A DNA stretch of 31,513 nucleotides. Source: a virus. Lineage: Duplodnaviria; Caudoviricetes. The DNA is taken from positions 1 to 31,513 of IMG/VR virus record IMGVR_UViG_3300025066_000101; one strand, 5' to 3'. A model generated the notes under the pieces. The model was not told the origin of the DNA. It was given only the letters and a program-made list of their open reading frames with translations, and did not search any database. Position 1 is the first letter of the stretch; each line of letters begins with the position of its first letter. Made by a program: the position numbers and the translations under genes. Positions 7,698 through 16,175 of this stretch are shown here, one piece after another.

Positions 7698-7766
7698 TTT
7701 GTTTTTCCTTAGTGGTGTTGTTTTGTATTACTGAATTATAGCATAGGTGGCGATGGTTGTCAACCC

Positions 7767-8024
7767 CTATTCACAACCATAACGCTCACAATCGCGAACT
7801 TTGCTTGCGATGTACGCATCACGCACAACGTCAAACGCTGGCACGCGGTACACGTTGGCAGCGGCATCAAATTCTACTAGTTGATTACCAAACTCTTCGA
7901 CGTAAGCCCAAACGGCTTTATAGTCACCTAGCACACGATGTGCGTCGGTTTTGGTTTCGATTTTAGGCATATCCCAAACACTTGCAACAACTGTGGGGAG
8001 CAAGATTTCAGTAACTTTCAACAT
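7767..8024 (-). CDS. Hypothetical protein
   Basis: ORF behind a promoter and leader motif copy 2. Confidence 0.7.
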   Translation of the reverse strand: MLKVTEILLPTVVASVWDMPKIETKTDAHRVLGDYKAVWAYVEEFGNQLVEFDAAANVYRVPAFDVVRDAYIASKVRDCERYGCE

Positions 8025-8043
8025 TGTAAACTCTTTCTTATAA

Positions 8044-8097
8044 GCGGGGCTATTCAGTCTCGTGTGAGCTATTCACTTTTGTGAATCCAGTAAGCCG
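8044..8097 (-). ncRNA. Three-way-junction 5'-leader RNA motif, copy 2
   Basis: Junction nucleotides identical to copy 1, different loops, compensatory G-C to A-T change in the ATTC(A/G)C stem. Confidence 0.6.
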
Positions 8098-8144
8098 TTG
8101 CTTTGTTATATCAGTATTATACCATAGGGGCGTGACACGTTAGG

Positions 8145-8399
8145 TCAACGGTCCAGGGAATTATCGTGATTTTCTTTAAGGCTTTTCCAAACCTTACGGA
8201 TGTATCGCCAGCTATGGCCATCGGTCCAACGGGAGCTAAGCTCACCATCAGCTTCTACCACACGGATTTCACCGAAGTTTTTATCGTGGCGAATCAACAC
8301 AACGTCAAGCATGTGACGCATACCGTCATAAAGACCACCGGAACCCCCACCGGGGCGTTCGATTGCGTTCTTCTTAGTTTCGATAATTCCTAGTTTCAT
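8145..8399 (-). CDS. Hypothetical protein
   Basis: Shared leader AGAAAGAGTTATTATG. Confidence 0.7.
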   Translation of the reverse strand: MKLGIIETKKNAIERPGGGSGGLYDGMRHMLDVVLIRHDKNFGEIRVVEADGELSSRWTDGHSWRYIRKVWKSLKENHDNSLDR

Positions 8400-8468
8400 A
8401 ATAACTCTTTCTTAAGACTCTGTTTTGTATAACTGTATTGTATCAGAAGGTAGTGACACGGTAGGTCA

Positions 8469-8759
8469 CTAGCCTAAATATTTCATACGTTTTGCGGAAA
8501 GTATTTCCTGTTCGGTCAGGCTGTAGTCTACAGTGGGATTTGCCGAAACCTTACCCTCATATACGAGGTACTTCCAAGCGAAGCTTAAGCACCCCTCACT
8601 AGAGCGGTTTTCCGTCAACACCTTAGCGTTGTAGGTCTCCTTGTCCTCTAGTCCGAATTCTGCAAACTCGTCAGCACTAACCAACAGCACGCTAGTAAAT
8701 GGGTATGCTCGCAACTGGATTTGCACGGTTCCAACTGGGGTATTCTTATCTAGCTTCAT
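8469..8759 (-). CDS. Hypothetical protein
   Basis: ORF preceded by a sigma54-like rather than sigma70 promoter. Confidence 0.7.
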   Translation of the reverse strand: MKLDKNTPVGTVQIQLRAYPFTSVLLVSADEFAEFGLEDKETYNAKVLTENRSSEGCLSFAWKYLVYEGKVSANPTVDYSLTEQEILSAKRMKYLG

Positions 8760-8821
8760 TTTAACTCTTTCTTAAAAAACTCTTAGCTTGGCTTGTGCCT
8801 TGCTTTCTATTATATATATAA

Positions 8822-8837
8822 TGCACTATTCGTGCCA
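8822..8837 (-). promoter_or_regulatory. sigma54 (-24/-12) promoter motif
   Basis: TGGCACG-AATA-GTGCA on the minus strand, GG-N10-GC intact. Confidence 0.55.
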
Positions 8838-8862
8838 AAACTCACAAAATTGAAATTTAGTT

Positions 8863-8996
8863 GTAAGTCGTTGTGTGGTAAGGGTTTACGTCGTGCCAAA
8901 ACATCTTCTCAAAACCCCCCTTTTGTCAAGAAGTGTCGTCAATTTGTGAGCGTTTTCCAAAATGGCGATGTAAGTCGTTGTGTGGTATAGAGTTAC
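8863..8996. repeat. Two unpaired copies of the 27-bp palindrome
   Basis: 8863-8889 and 8970-8996. Confidence 0.85.
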
Positions 8997-9056
8997 AGCG
9001 ATTCTCAAATCGGGACTCGATTCTCATTATGGGATTCTTTTCAGATTGTTGGCGTT

Positions 9057-9072
9057 TGGCACGCCGTTTGCA
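9057..9072 (+). promoter_or_regulatory. sigma54 (-24/-12) promoter motif
   Basis: TGGCACG-CCGT-TTGCA, exact consensus. Confidence 0.65.
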
Positions 9073-9085
9073 ATAAGAAATCGTC

Positions 9086-9164
9086 GTAAGTCGTTGGTAC
9101 TAAAGGACTTAGAGCGAGCGGGGCAGGGGGGCTCGACGTAAGTCGTTACCACCAAAGGACTTAC
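9086..9164. repeat. Paired 27-bp palindrome element, copy 7
   Basis: Units 9086-9112 and 9138-9164. Confidence 0.95.
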
Positions 9165-9529
9165 AGCCCCAATTTGGCGTCCCGCTTGGCCTTACGCTCG
9201 GCCTTACGCTGGGCAGCCAATTCGGCCTTAGTCACCCCCTGTTGGCAGTAGACGACGGCGTCGTAAGTAACCCCACTATCAGGGCACTCACGCCCCTCTT
9301 CCTTGACCACATAGGACAAGTCAAAGGACAAACCAACCGAAACCGACCGAGCGAATTCGCGGTCGAATTTGGTGAAGTTTTTCAACGCACGACCGTCAGC
9401 CGTCACCATGGTGATAGCAACGAACTTTTCCCAAATCGCGTCACCGTAGCGGTCGGTGCCCATGTGAAGATTCTCGCGGGCGAATTCGATGATGCTGGCG
9501 ACGGTAACTTGCTCAGTGATACGGGACAT
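9161..9529 (-). CDS. Hypothetical protein (122 aa)
   Basis: GAGG RBS; stop inside repeat copy 7. Confidence 0.75.
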   Translation of the reverse strand: MSRITEQVTVASIIEFARENLHMGTDRYGDAIWEKFVAITMVTADGRALKNFTKFDREFARSVSVGLSFDLSYVVKEEGRECPDSGVTYDAVVYCQQGVTKAELAAQRKAERKAKRDAKLGL

Positions 9530-9651
9530 AACTAAACCTCAAAAGTGAATGATTAACAACTCAACTACGTTGATTGTACTCTTATCATCGGCATATGTCA
9601 ACACCTATCACCACCAATTCTGTAATAAACTTGAAATAATTTACAATCGTC

Positions 9652-9730
9652 GTAAGTCGTTACTGCCAAAGGACTTAGGTCGGCGCACCCGGCTGGTTTT
9701 GATGTAACCCCTTGGTATCAAAGGGTTTAC
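9652..9730. repeat. Paired 27-bp palindrome element, copy 8
   Basis: Units 9652-9678 and 9704-9730. Confidence 0.95.
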
Positions 9731-9742
9731 GTCGATATTTTT

Positions 9743-9916
9743 TTAGTATATCTTTTCCACCCAGCCATCCCCCGTGCGGGTCATCTCACCCACCATTTTG
9801 CCTAGCTGCCATATCTGTATCCCACTGCCACCATTGGCGGCTGCTGTGGCACACTCGGAGGATAGCCCAGCGTACAGGATAAAATCATAATCAAACACAA
9901 TATAAATCTTAGGCAT
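9743..9916 (-). CDS. Hypothetical protein, paralog of 7355..7531
   Basis: Likely start MPKIYIV with GAGG RBS. Confidence 0.7.
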   Translation of the reverse strand: MPKIYIVFDYDFILYAGLSSECATAAANGGSGIQIWQLGKMVGEMTRTGDGWVEKIY

Positions 9917-9929
9917 TGCAAGCCCCTCT

Positions 9930-10106
9930 TTAGTACTGCCAATGTGAAGTGAGCACGTCACCCGCTAGGAAATTACGATTAACGATTCGGTTTACCTCGA
10001 CCTGAACAGCGTCATAACTGCCGTCAGTCTCAACCAAATACCATTGGGAAACCCGCTTGTTATCAGACGAGCGAACAACGATAACTTGAACCCACTCTTT
10101 AATCAT
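9930..10106 (-). CDS. Hypothetical protein
   Basis: Likely start MIKEWV with AAGGA RBS. Confidence 0.65.
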   Translation of the reverse strand: MIKEWVQVIVVRSSDNKRVSQWYLVETDGSYDAVQVEVNRIVNRNFLAGDVLTSHWQY

Positions 10107-10155
10107 TTTGTTTTCCTTTGTCATGCCTCAATTTTACCACGTTGGCCGATTGGTG

Positions 10156-10377
10156 TCAAGAGGTAGGACGCGACCAATTGGGATTATATAGAAAGTTTTC
10201 CGCTTTCTTATCTTCCAAGATAACACGGTATACCCCTCTATCGGACCATACCGAATTTCGTACCGTGAAACCCTCCCCTTTGTACTCTTGAATTAGTTCA
10301 TCCAACAACCTACGCTTGGTATTGCCAAACTCGATAACAACGTGTTTGAAATTAACTAGCGGTTGTGAAGATTGCAT
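10156..10377 (-). CDS. Hypothetical protein
   Basis: AAGGA RBS plus shared promoter-leader. Confidence 0.7.
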   Translation of the reverse strand: MQSSQPLVNFKHVVIEFGNTKRRLLDELIQEYKGEGFTVRNSVWSDRGVYRVILEDKKAENFLYNPNWSRPTS

Positions 10378-10455
10378 TTTGTTTTCCTTGGTGGCGTTGT
10401 GTTTTGTGTAACTGTATTGTAGCAGATAGGGAGAGGTTTGTCAACCCCCCTTTTC

Positions 10456-10602
10456 TTATTTTTCTTCAATGTAAAACCGCTCAGCGGATTCACCTTCGGC
10501 TACCATTTCAGCCAACTCAGCCACGGCCTCTTCCCGCGAAGCAAACGGGGCAAAGCAAGGGAGGGAAAGCTCAGAACAAACGATTTCTTGGATAACAAAC
10601 AT
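10456..10602 (-). CDS. Hypothetical protein (48 aa, MFVIQEIV...), not in ORF track
   Basis: Manual translation; promoter at about 10661-10688. Confidence 0.6.
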   Translation of the reverse strand: MFVIQEIVCSELSLPCFAPFASREEAVAELAEMVAEGESAERFYIEEK

Positions 10603-10736
10603 GATAACTCTTTCTAGAAAAACTCTTTGAGAGACAACCTTGCCTCCTCTTCATGTTTCTATTATACCATAACTTTCAAATTTGTCAACCCTCAAACACC
10701 TTTATTTTCAAAGTATTTTCAAAGTATTTTTGTGTC

Positions 10737-10815
10737 GTAAGTCGTTGGTGTCAAAGGGTTTACGTCGAGCCAACCTGCTCCGCTCGTCGTAAGTCGTTGC
10801 TGTGTAAGGGGTTAC
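10737..10815. repeat. Paired 27-bp palindrome element, copy 9
   Basis: Units 10737-10763 and 10789-10815. Confidence 0.95.
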
Positions 10816-10827
10816 GTCAATTTCATA

Positions 10828-11013
10828 TTACTTTTCTGGTTCGTTCAGAAAGTTTTCGTATAGCCCCTTGTAGGGGGGCACTGGCTTAGGGAAAGCACAA
10901 GCACCGTGGAACAGCACAGCACCGGCAACGGGTTTACCGCAGGGCTTACCGCATAGGCCGCAGTTTCCCGAACCCTTTTCCTTGTGTTCCCAAACGTGTG
11001 GTTTTCGCGGCAT
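10828..11013 (-). CDS. Small zinc-finger-like protein
   Basis: Likely start MPRKPH; CGLC...HGAC motif; AAGGA RBS. Confidence 0.65.
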   Translation of the reverse strand: MPRKPHVWEHKEKGSGNCGLCGKPCGKPVAGAVLFHGACAFPKPVPPYKGLYENFLNEPEK

Positions 11014-11075
11014 GATGTTTTTCCTTGGTGGTGTTGTTTTGTATAATCGAATTGTAGCAGATTGGAGAATAGGTG

Positions 11076-11273
11076 TCAAGCCCATTTCTTAATAAGTTTC
11101 CAACCGTTATCAACCCACTGGTCGATAATTTGCTGTTGGTTGCTAACCCCAGTACGGGTAGAATCGGTTTTTCCGTCCTTCTCAAACTTTAGGTTTACCA
11201 TAGGGGATTGAGTACCCCATACTTGGGAAGCTCGGAAGCGACGGGCCGAATTGTAATTTGTTTTGTTCATCAT
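11076..11273 (-). CDS. Hypothetical protein
   Basis: Own promoter-leader. Confidence 0.65.
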   Translation of the reverse strand: MMNKTNYNSARRFRASQVWGTQSPMVNLKFEKDGKTDSTRTGVSNQQQIIDQWVDNGWKLIKKWA

Positions 11274-11316
11274 AACTTTCGTAAGACTTTGTTTTGTATA
11301 ATTGAATTGTAGCAGA

Positions 11317-11520
11317 TTAGTTGGCTGCTGTCAACCCCTGATGGCAGATTATTAGAACATTTCTCATCAGGCTATCGAAATCAGCATAGGATACAATCCC
11401 ACGACCATTTAGGTCGAATAGCACGTCAACAGCTACATCCATACCGTATCGGTCGATTGCATTGAAGCAATCATTGATGGTAAGGTCGCAACGGGCAAGG
11501 GTGTCATTTACGTTAGGCAT
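11317..11520 (-). CDS. Hypothetical protein
   Basis: AAGGA RBS plus promoter-leader. Confidence 0.7.
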   Translation of the reverse strand: MPNVNDTLARCDLTINDCFNAIDRYGMDVAVDVLFDLNGRGIVSYADFDSLMRNVLIICHQGLTAAN

Positions 11521-11583
11521 TTTAGTTTTCCTTAGGGGGTTGTGTTTTGTATAACTGTATTGTATCAGATAATGTTGCGTTTG

Positions 11584-11733
11584 TCAAGGGGTGAAAGCGT
11601 TAAATTCCATAAGTAATCCGAGAAATGTTTTTCCCTCGGATTCCATGCAGAGATTAAAGAATTCAATGCCCCACGTAGAAACGATGAATTCTTTGTTTGC
11701 TTCACATTCGACTTTTGTAATGAATCCGCTCAT
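11584..11733 (-). CDS. Hypothetical protein (49 aa), apparently near-leaderless, not in ORF track
   Basis: ATG about 10 nt downstream of the TATAAT at 11743-11748, no RBS. Confidence 0.55.
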   Translation of the reverse strand: MSGFITKVECEANKEFIVSTWGIEFFNLCMESEGKTFLGLLMEFNAFTP

Positions 11734-11820
11734 GTTGCCCTAATTATACCATAGGTTCGAGATTTGTCAACCCCATATACCGTTATTTTGAAAAGATTTT
11801 CAAAGTAATATGAAATTGAC

Positions 11821-11899
11821 GTAACCCCTTGGTACTAAAGGACTTAGGGCGGCGTAGCCGGGTGGATTTGCTGTAACCTGTTGGTATCAAAGGACTTAC
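11821..11899. repeat. Paired 27-bp palindrome element, copy 10
   Basis: Units 11821-11847 and 11873-11899. Confidence 0.95.
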
Positions 11900-11992
11900 G
11901 GCAATATCTTCTTCCCCCATGAGTCATTGCGCTGGGACTCTATAGGGGAGTGGGTTAGGTAGCACACCCCATGTGTGTGGTGTACATGTGTG

Positions 11993-12476
<484 letters not shown>

Positions 12477-12548
12477 GTTGTTTCCTTGGTTGGTTATCGT
12501 TGTTTTGTATGGTTTAATTATACCATGTTGTCGATTGGTGTCAACCCC

Positions 12549-12713
12549 TTACATCCACCAATCCGAGAAAACTACATCGTCAGCTTCTTTGGACGATAGC
12601 CCAAACTCATCTTGTAGCTCGACAGCCAAAGCGTCCAACGCATCGGGGTAATCATCATCCATAACGGAGACCATGGCTTCTTTGACGAACTTTTGTGCTT
12701 CTTGAAAACTCAT
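12549..12713 (-). CDS. Acidic hypothetical protein (54 aa), not in ORF track
   Basis: AAAGGA RBS; own promoter. Confidence 0.65.
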   Translation of the reverse strand: MSFQEAQKFVKEAMVSVMDDDYPDALDALAVELQDEFGLSSKEADDVVFSDWWM

Positions 12714-12789
12714 TGTGTTTTTCCTTTGGGTTGTGTTGTTTTGTATAATTGAATTATAGCAGGTTGGTTGGTGGCTGTCAACCCCTAGT

Positions 12790-13044
12790 TTAGAATTCTA
12801 CATAGAATCCCTTAGGCCCTGATACCGTTATATCCTTGCCCTGCAATACCACATCGTATCCATTGTCACCGCAGAACCTAACAACGCGAATCATCGTATC
12901 CATATCAATCGTGATGTTTGGATTCCACTGGTCGTCGTCAAGACCGTCAAACATACCCAAGTCACTTAAGAATGAGACAAGAGAAACATCGTCATTCTGT
13001 CGTAAAGCGTAAGCAAGCGAGCCGTTGTAAGATAAGTCAAACAT
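12790..13044 (-). CDS. Acidic hypothetical protein
   Basis: AAAGGA RBS; promoter 13084-13112. Confidence 0.7.
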   Translation of the reverse strand: MFDLSYNGSLAYALRQNDDVSLVSFLSDLGMFDGLDDDQWNPNITIDMDTMIRVVRFCGDNGYDVVLQGKDITVSGPKGFYVEF

Positions 13045-13154
13045 TGTATTTTCCTTTGGGTTGTTGTTGCTTTGTATGCTTCCATTATATAGTATGTATC
13101 GTCATTTGTCAACAGCTATCGTGATTAATTCTATGAAATATCCAAAGTATTTTA

Positions 13155-13275
13155 GCGATGTGTTGTTGATGTGTTATCTATGTTACATAGATGTGATGAT
13201 GATGTGATGATGATGCGACGATGATGTGATAGCGATGTGATAGCGATGTGATGATGATGTGATGCGATGCGATAG
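13155..13275. repeat. Low-complexity (GAT/GATGT/GATGC)n tandem repeat
   Basis: Directly visible, non-coding. Confidence 0.85.
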
Positions 13276-13445
13276 GACGCATAAGCGGGGGTTTATCTAA
13301 TCTCACATGAGTTAGGGATACTCACGGACTATCTGGGGGGGTGGTGCAAACACAACGAGCGGCAATTACGTGAAATGACTACTTTTAGCAACGCCGTTCC
13401 AAAAAAAATCGACCGCCCCTATTTTAACGAAGTGGCAACTTAACG

Positions 13446-13476
13446 AAAAAAAGCCCCAGATGTTACTCTGAGGCTT
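13446..13476 (-). terminator. Intrinsic terminator after the protease gene
   Basis: AAGCCTCAGA-loop-TCTGGGGCTT followed by a T run on the minus strand. Confidence 0.8.
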
Positions 13477-13504
13477 CTGCAACTAATGCTTCAATGGCCA
13501 CCGC

Positions 13505-14386
13505 TCATCTTGTCTGACGCCCACTCCACGTAGCTCGTACACGGCCTTTCGTAAAGAGGCGACCAAGCGGCCCTGTTGTCGTATTTGGCGAGAAGGGAAC
13601 ATTGTTGGCCCCTTGTTCTGCCCCACCATCTGACGTAGTTTGTAATCCTGCTTTGCCCACTGGTATAGGTTTTGACGCAGGCTTCTTTTTTGAGAAGCTG
13701 ATAAGCTCCTTGATTCTCTTGGCGCTAACACACGATGAGTCCTGTCTAAGAACAATACCGAGGACTTCGTCCCCATTTGAGTCCATCACCACAGAGCCAC
13801 TTCTACCGCCCTGAACTTCCGCGTTGAATCGGAAGCCCGTAGAGAAGGTCATGTCAACCTTCCCCCATATCATGGAAGGTGGATTGGAGTTTGCACACCC
13901 AATCGAAATAACCCTGTCACCCTTATTAGGAATGGCCTTAGCCAGCCTTAGCCTTGTCTTAATATGCTTTATCTTGTCCGTTGGAATTGATACGACCCCC
14001 ACATCTTGATTCACTGATGCGAAGAACATGTCTAGGAGCCCAAGAGTATGGAGCAACTTATCACTGTCATCGACCCTGTGATAAGTGTTCATAATCATAG
14101 TCCCCTTTACCAGCGCCATCCTCTCAGGGTAGAAGAACTCCACCCACACTTCCTTAAAGTCCGTAGCGAACATATGCCCAGCCGTAATCAAATATGCTGT
14201 GCCCTCTTTCTCTGCCTCAGTTTCAACCAACCAAGCCGTGCCGGTTGCCGTGCTGTAGGTGTTGGTCTTTGGATTGAGGCGTTTTACGTGTATCCTGGCG
14301 GTTGCTCTTACTGGGTCCAAAAGGTCGGCGTTCGCCGCCCCTATAGAACTCAGGAAAAGCACCATAGTAAGTATAAGTCTATACAT
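13505..14386 (-). CDS. Secreted trypsin-like serine protease
   Basis: Signal peptide ending ANA-D; catalytic triad motifs LITAGH, DVGVV and GGRSGS. Confidence 0.85.
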   Translation of the reverse strand: MYRLILTMVLFLSSIGAANADLLDPVRATARIHVKRLNPKTNTYSTATGTAWLVETEAEKEGTAYLITAGHMFATDFKEVWVEFFYPERMALVKGTMIMNTYHRVDDSDKLLHTLGLLDMFFASVNQDVGVVSIPTDKIKHIKTRLRLAKAIPNKGDRVISIGCANSNPPSMIWGKVDMTFSTGFRFNAEVQGGRSGSVVMDSNGDEVLGIVLRQDSSCVSAKRIKELISFSKKKPASKPIPVGKAGLQTTSDGGAEQGANNVPFSPNTTTGPLGRLFTKGRVRATWSGRQTR

Positions 14387-14406
14387 GGTTGCCTCCGTAG
14401 GTACAT

Positions 14407-14437
14407 AAAAAAAGAGGGCGGGAAAAACCCACCCTCC
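14407..14437 (-). terminator. Intrinsic terminator
   Basis: GAGGGTGGG-loop-CCCGCCCTC followed by T7. Confidence 0.7.
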
Positions 14438-14460
14438 TTATATAGTATACCCCTATGGCA

Positions 14461-14766
14461 TCAGTTTAGCCACTTAATTGGCTCCTCGTCCGTTGGGACG
14501 TGGTGCTCATTCTCCTCACACCACCTCAAATAGTCAGGATGAACCTCTCCTAGTGTATAAATAGTATTCTTGGTTTCCACCTTTCGAGGGAACCCCTCTA
14601 CCTTGCCCTTGATTAAGGACGTACGAGTCAGCTTCCCGTCTGTACGATGGGGATGGCCGTATACGCGCCCTACAAGGGTTAGGGCCATGTGCTCTGGGGG
14701 CGTGTAGAGACTTCCTGCTCCGTCTACACTCCAATTCTCAATTCTTACTTCTGGTTTAGTTGTCAT
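14461..14766 (-). CDS. Hypothetical phage protein
   Basis: ATGA-coupled to the HAD gene. Confidence 0.75.
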   Translation of the reverse strand: MTTKPEVRIENWSVDGAGSLYTPPEHMALTLVGRVYGHPHRTDGKLTRTSLIKGKVEGFPRKVETKNTIYTLGEVHPDYLRWCEENEHHVPTDEEPIKWLN

Positions 14767-15146
14767 GCTAACACCTTCGTCCCGTTCTCGATGATGTGGT
14801 CGATACCTTCCAGGGCTCGCTCGTACGCGAAGTCATTAAACTGGGGGCGACATGTGATGGCGCGGTCATCAATGAAGACGGCGGCGTCAGGTTTGCCCTT
14901 GCCACTCCACAGGGAGTCGTAGGCCAAGTCGTGAGCTTGCATATATGCAATGATGCCGTCCTTTCCAGCCTGCTCGTCAGCCCTAGCTGAGAAAATCATA
15001 ATCTTGTGGCCCTTAGCTCTAATTGCTAATAGAAATTCCCTGGCCCCTTCGATTGGGGGGTCAATTGTTACAGGGCCTCTCCAGCCGCTCCATGAGGCGA
15101 TGACGCCATCAAAGTCCACGGCGATTGTTCTTATTTTTCTTCCCAT
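14763..15146 (-). CDS. HAD-superfamily hydrolase
   Basis: IAVDFDGVI motif I, FSAR motif II, KP..VFIDDR motifs III/IV. Confidence 0.85.
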   Translation of the reverse strand: MGRKIRTIAVDFDGVIASWSGWRGPVTIDPPIEGAREFLLAIRAKGHKIMIFSARADEQAGKDGIIAYMQAHDLAYDSLWSGKGKPDAAVFIDDRAITCRPQFNDFAYERALEGIDHIIENGTKVLA

Positions 15147-15404
15147 TGAGGTTTTCTTCCTTATTTTTTAGTTTGTGTATGTGTGAGGCAGTCAAAAGGC
15201 CCCTATTGCTAGGGCTTTAGTGACTAAAACCCACTGACAAAAGTTTGGCTTTCCTGGGTGGTTCTTCCTTAACCAGCCCCCTAGAGCCTCACTCTGACTA
15301 CTTTTTTCTCTTAGATATATATGTCATTAGGTCCAGCCCTAGAGACACCACAATTGCCGTAATAAGCAGGGCCGCTATGATGGGGCCTACGATAGATGTG
15401 CTCA

Positions 15405-15731
15405 TTAGTATTCCAATCTATACGCTAAGTTAATGTCCTCGAATACCAGCTCGTGGGCTCCAAGATTGTCAATGTCAATCTCACAAGTCCCGTCAACCCC
15501 CACTCTGATAGTGTCGTCCTCTACGACGAAGCTGGTAACAGCGTAGTAAGTTCTATGGTTAATATAAGCGTCGAGCTTCTCCCAGTTGAGACAGTCCCAG
15601 GCCGTCCACTTTTCTTCTGAATTGCCGTCGTCTATGAGGATAGTATACTTAGGGCGACCGTCGTCTTTGTCGGTCTTCTGTATCCCCATCCTCTTTATGT
15701 TTTCAAATTGTATAGCCATATCAGTCATCAA
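15405..15731 (-). CDS. Hypothetical protein
   Basis: ORF in leftward operon; start uncertain. Confidence 0.6.
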   Translation of the reverse strand: MMTDMAIQFENIKRMGIQKTDKDDGRPKYTILIDDGNSEEKWTAWDCLNWEKLDAYINHRTYYAVTSFVVEDDTIRVGVDGTCEIDIDNLGAHELVFEDINLAYRLEY

Positions 15732-15874
15732 ATATAATAAGGAAAAGAATTACAAAAAACAATACGGTAAATAGTGCATCGTTACTCATCGACGCCCTCC
15801 CCTCTGTCCAGCCAGCAAACTAGTGCGGTCATAATGGCTACGATGCCAAGCAATACAAGTAGTCCGTCCATCTA

Positions 15875-16096
15875 TCATCCTCCCCACGGTAGGTGGTTAG
15901 CGGTCAAGGTGACCTTAAAGTCCCCATTACCAATAGACTTTGTTACCTGCTCATCCGTAACCTGCTCACCATGGGGGTAATCATCAACGACCTCACAAGT
16001 ACCGCCCCTGTCCTCAATGGCCTTCTGTATCGCTTTCATGTGAGACCAGAAGCAACCCCCTGGACCAGTAACCTTTATATCTACATTAATGCTCAT
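15875..16096 (-). CDS. Hypothetical protein
   Basis: GGAG RBS. Confidence 0.7.
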   Translation of the reverse strand: MSINVDIKVTGPGGCFWSHMKAIQKAIEDRGGTCEVVDDYPHGEQVTDEQVTKSIGNGDFKVTLTANHLPWGG

Positions 16097-16175
16097 TTAA
16101 GTATCTCCTCTGCCAAGCCCCTGAGGCTCCAGCCTATCATAAAACCACACACCATAACAGTTAGGGTAATTCCCA

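Noticed and set aside
942-11899. CRISPR mini-arrays (repeat-25 nt-repeat)
   Set aside because: Repeats are degenerate, spacers are related to each other (GCGCGGGGCAG), arrays never exceed two units, and no cas genes are present.
942-11899. Canonical integron attC sites
   Set aside because: No consistent RYYYAAC/GTTRRRY ends, each half is self-palindromic, modules carry their own promoters, and no intI is in the window. Kept only as an analogy.
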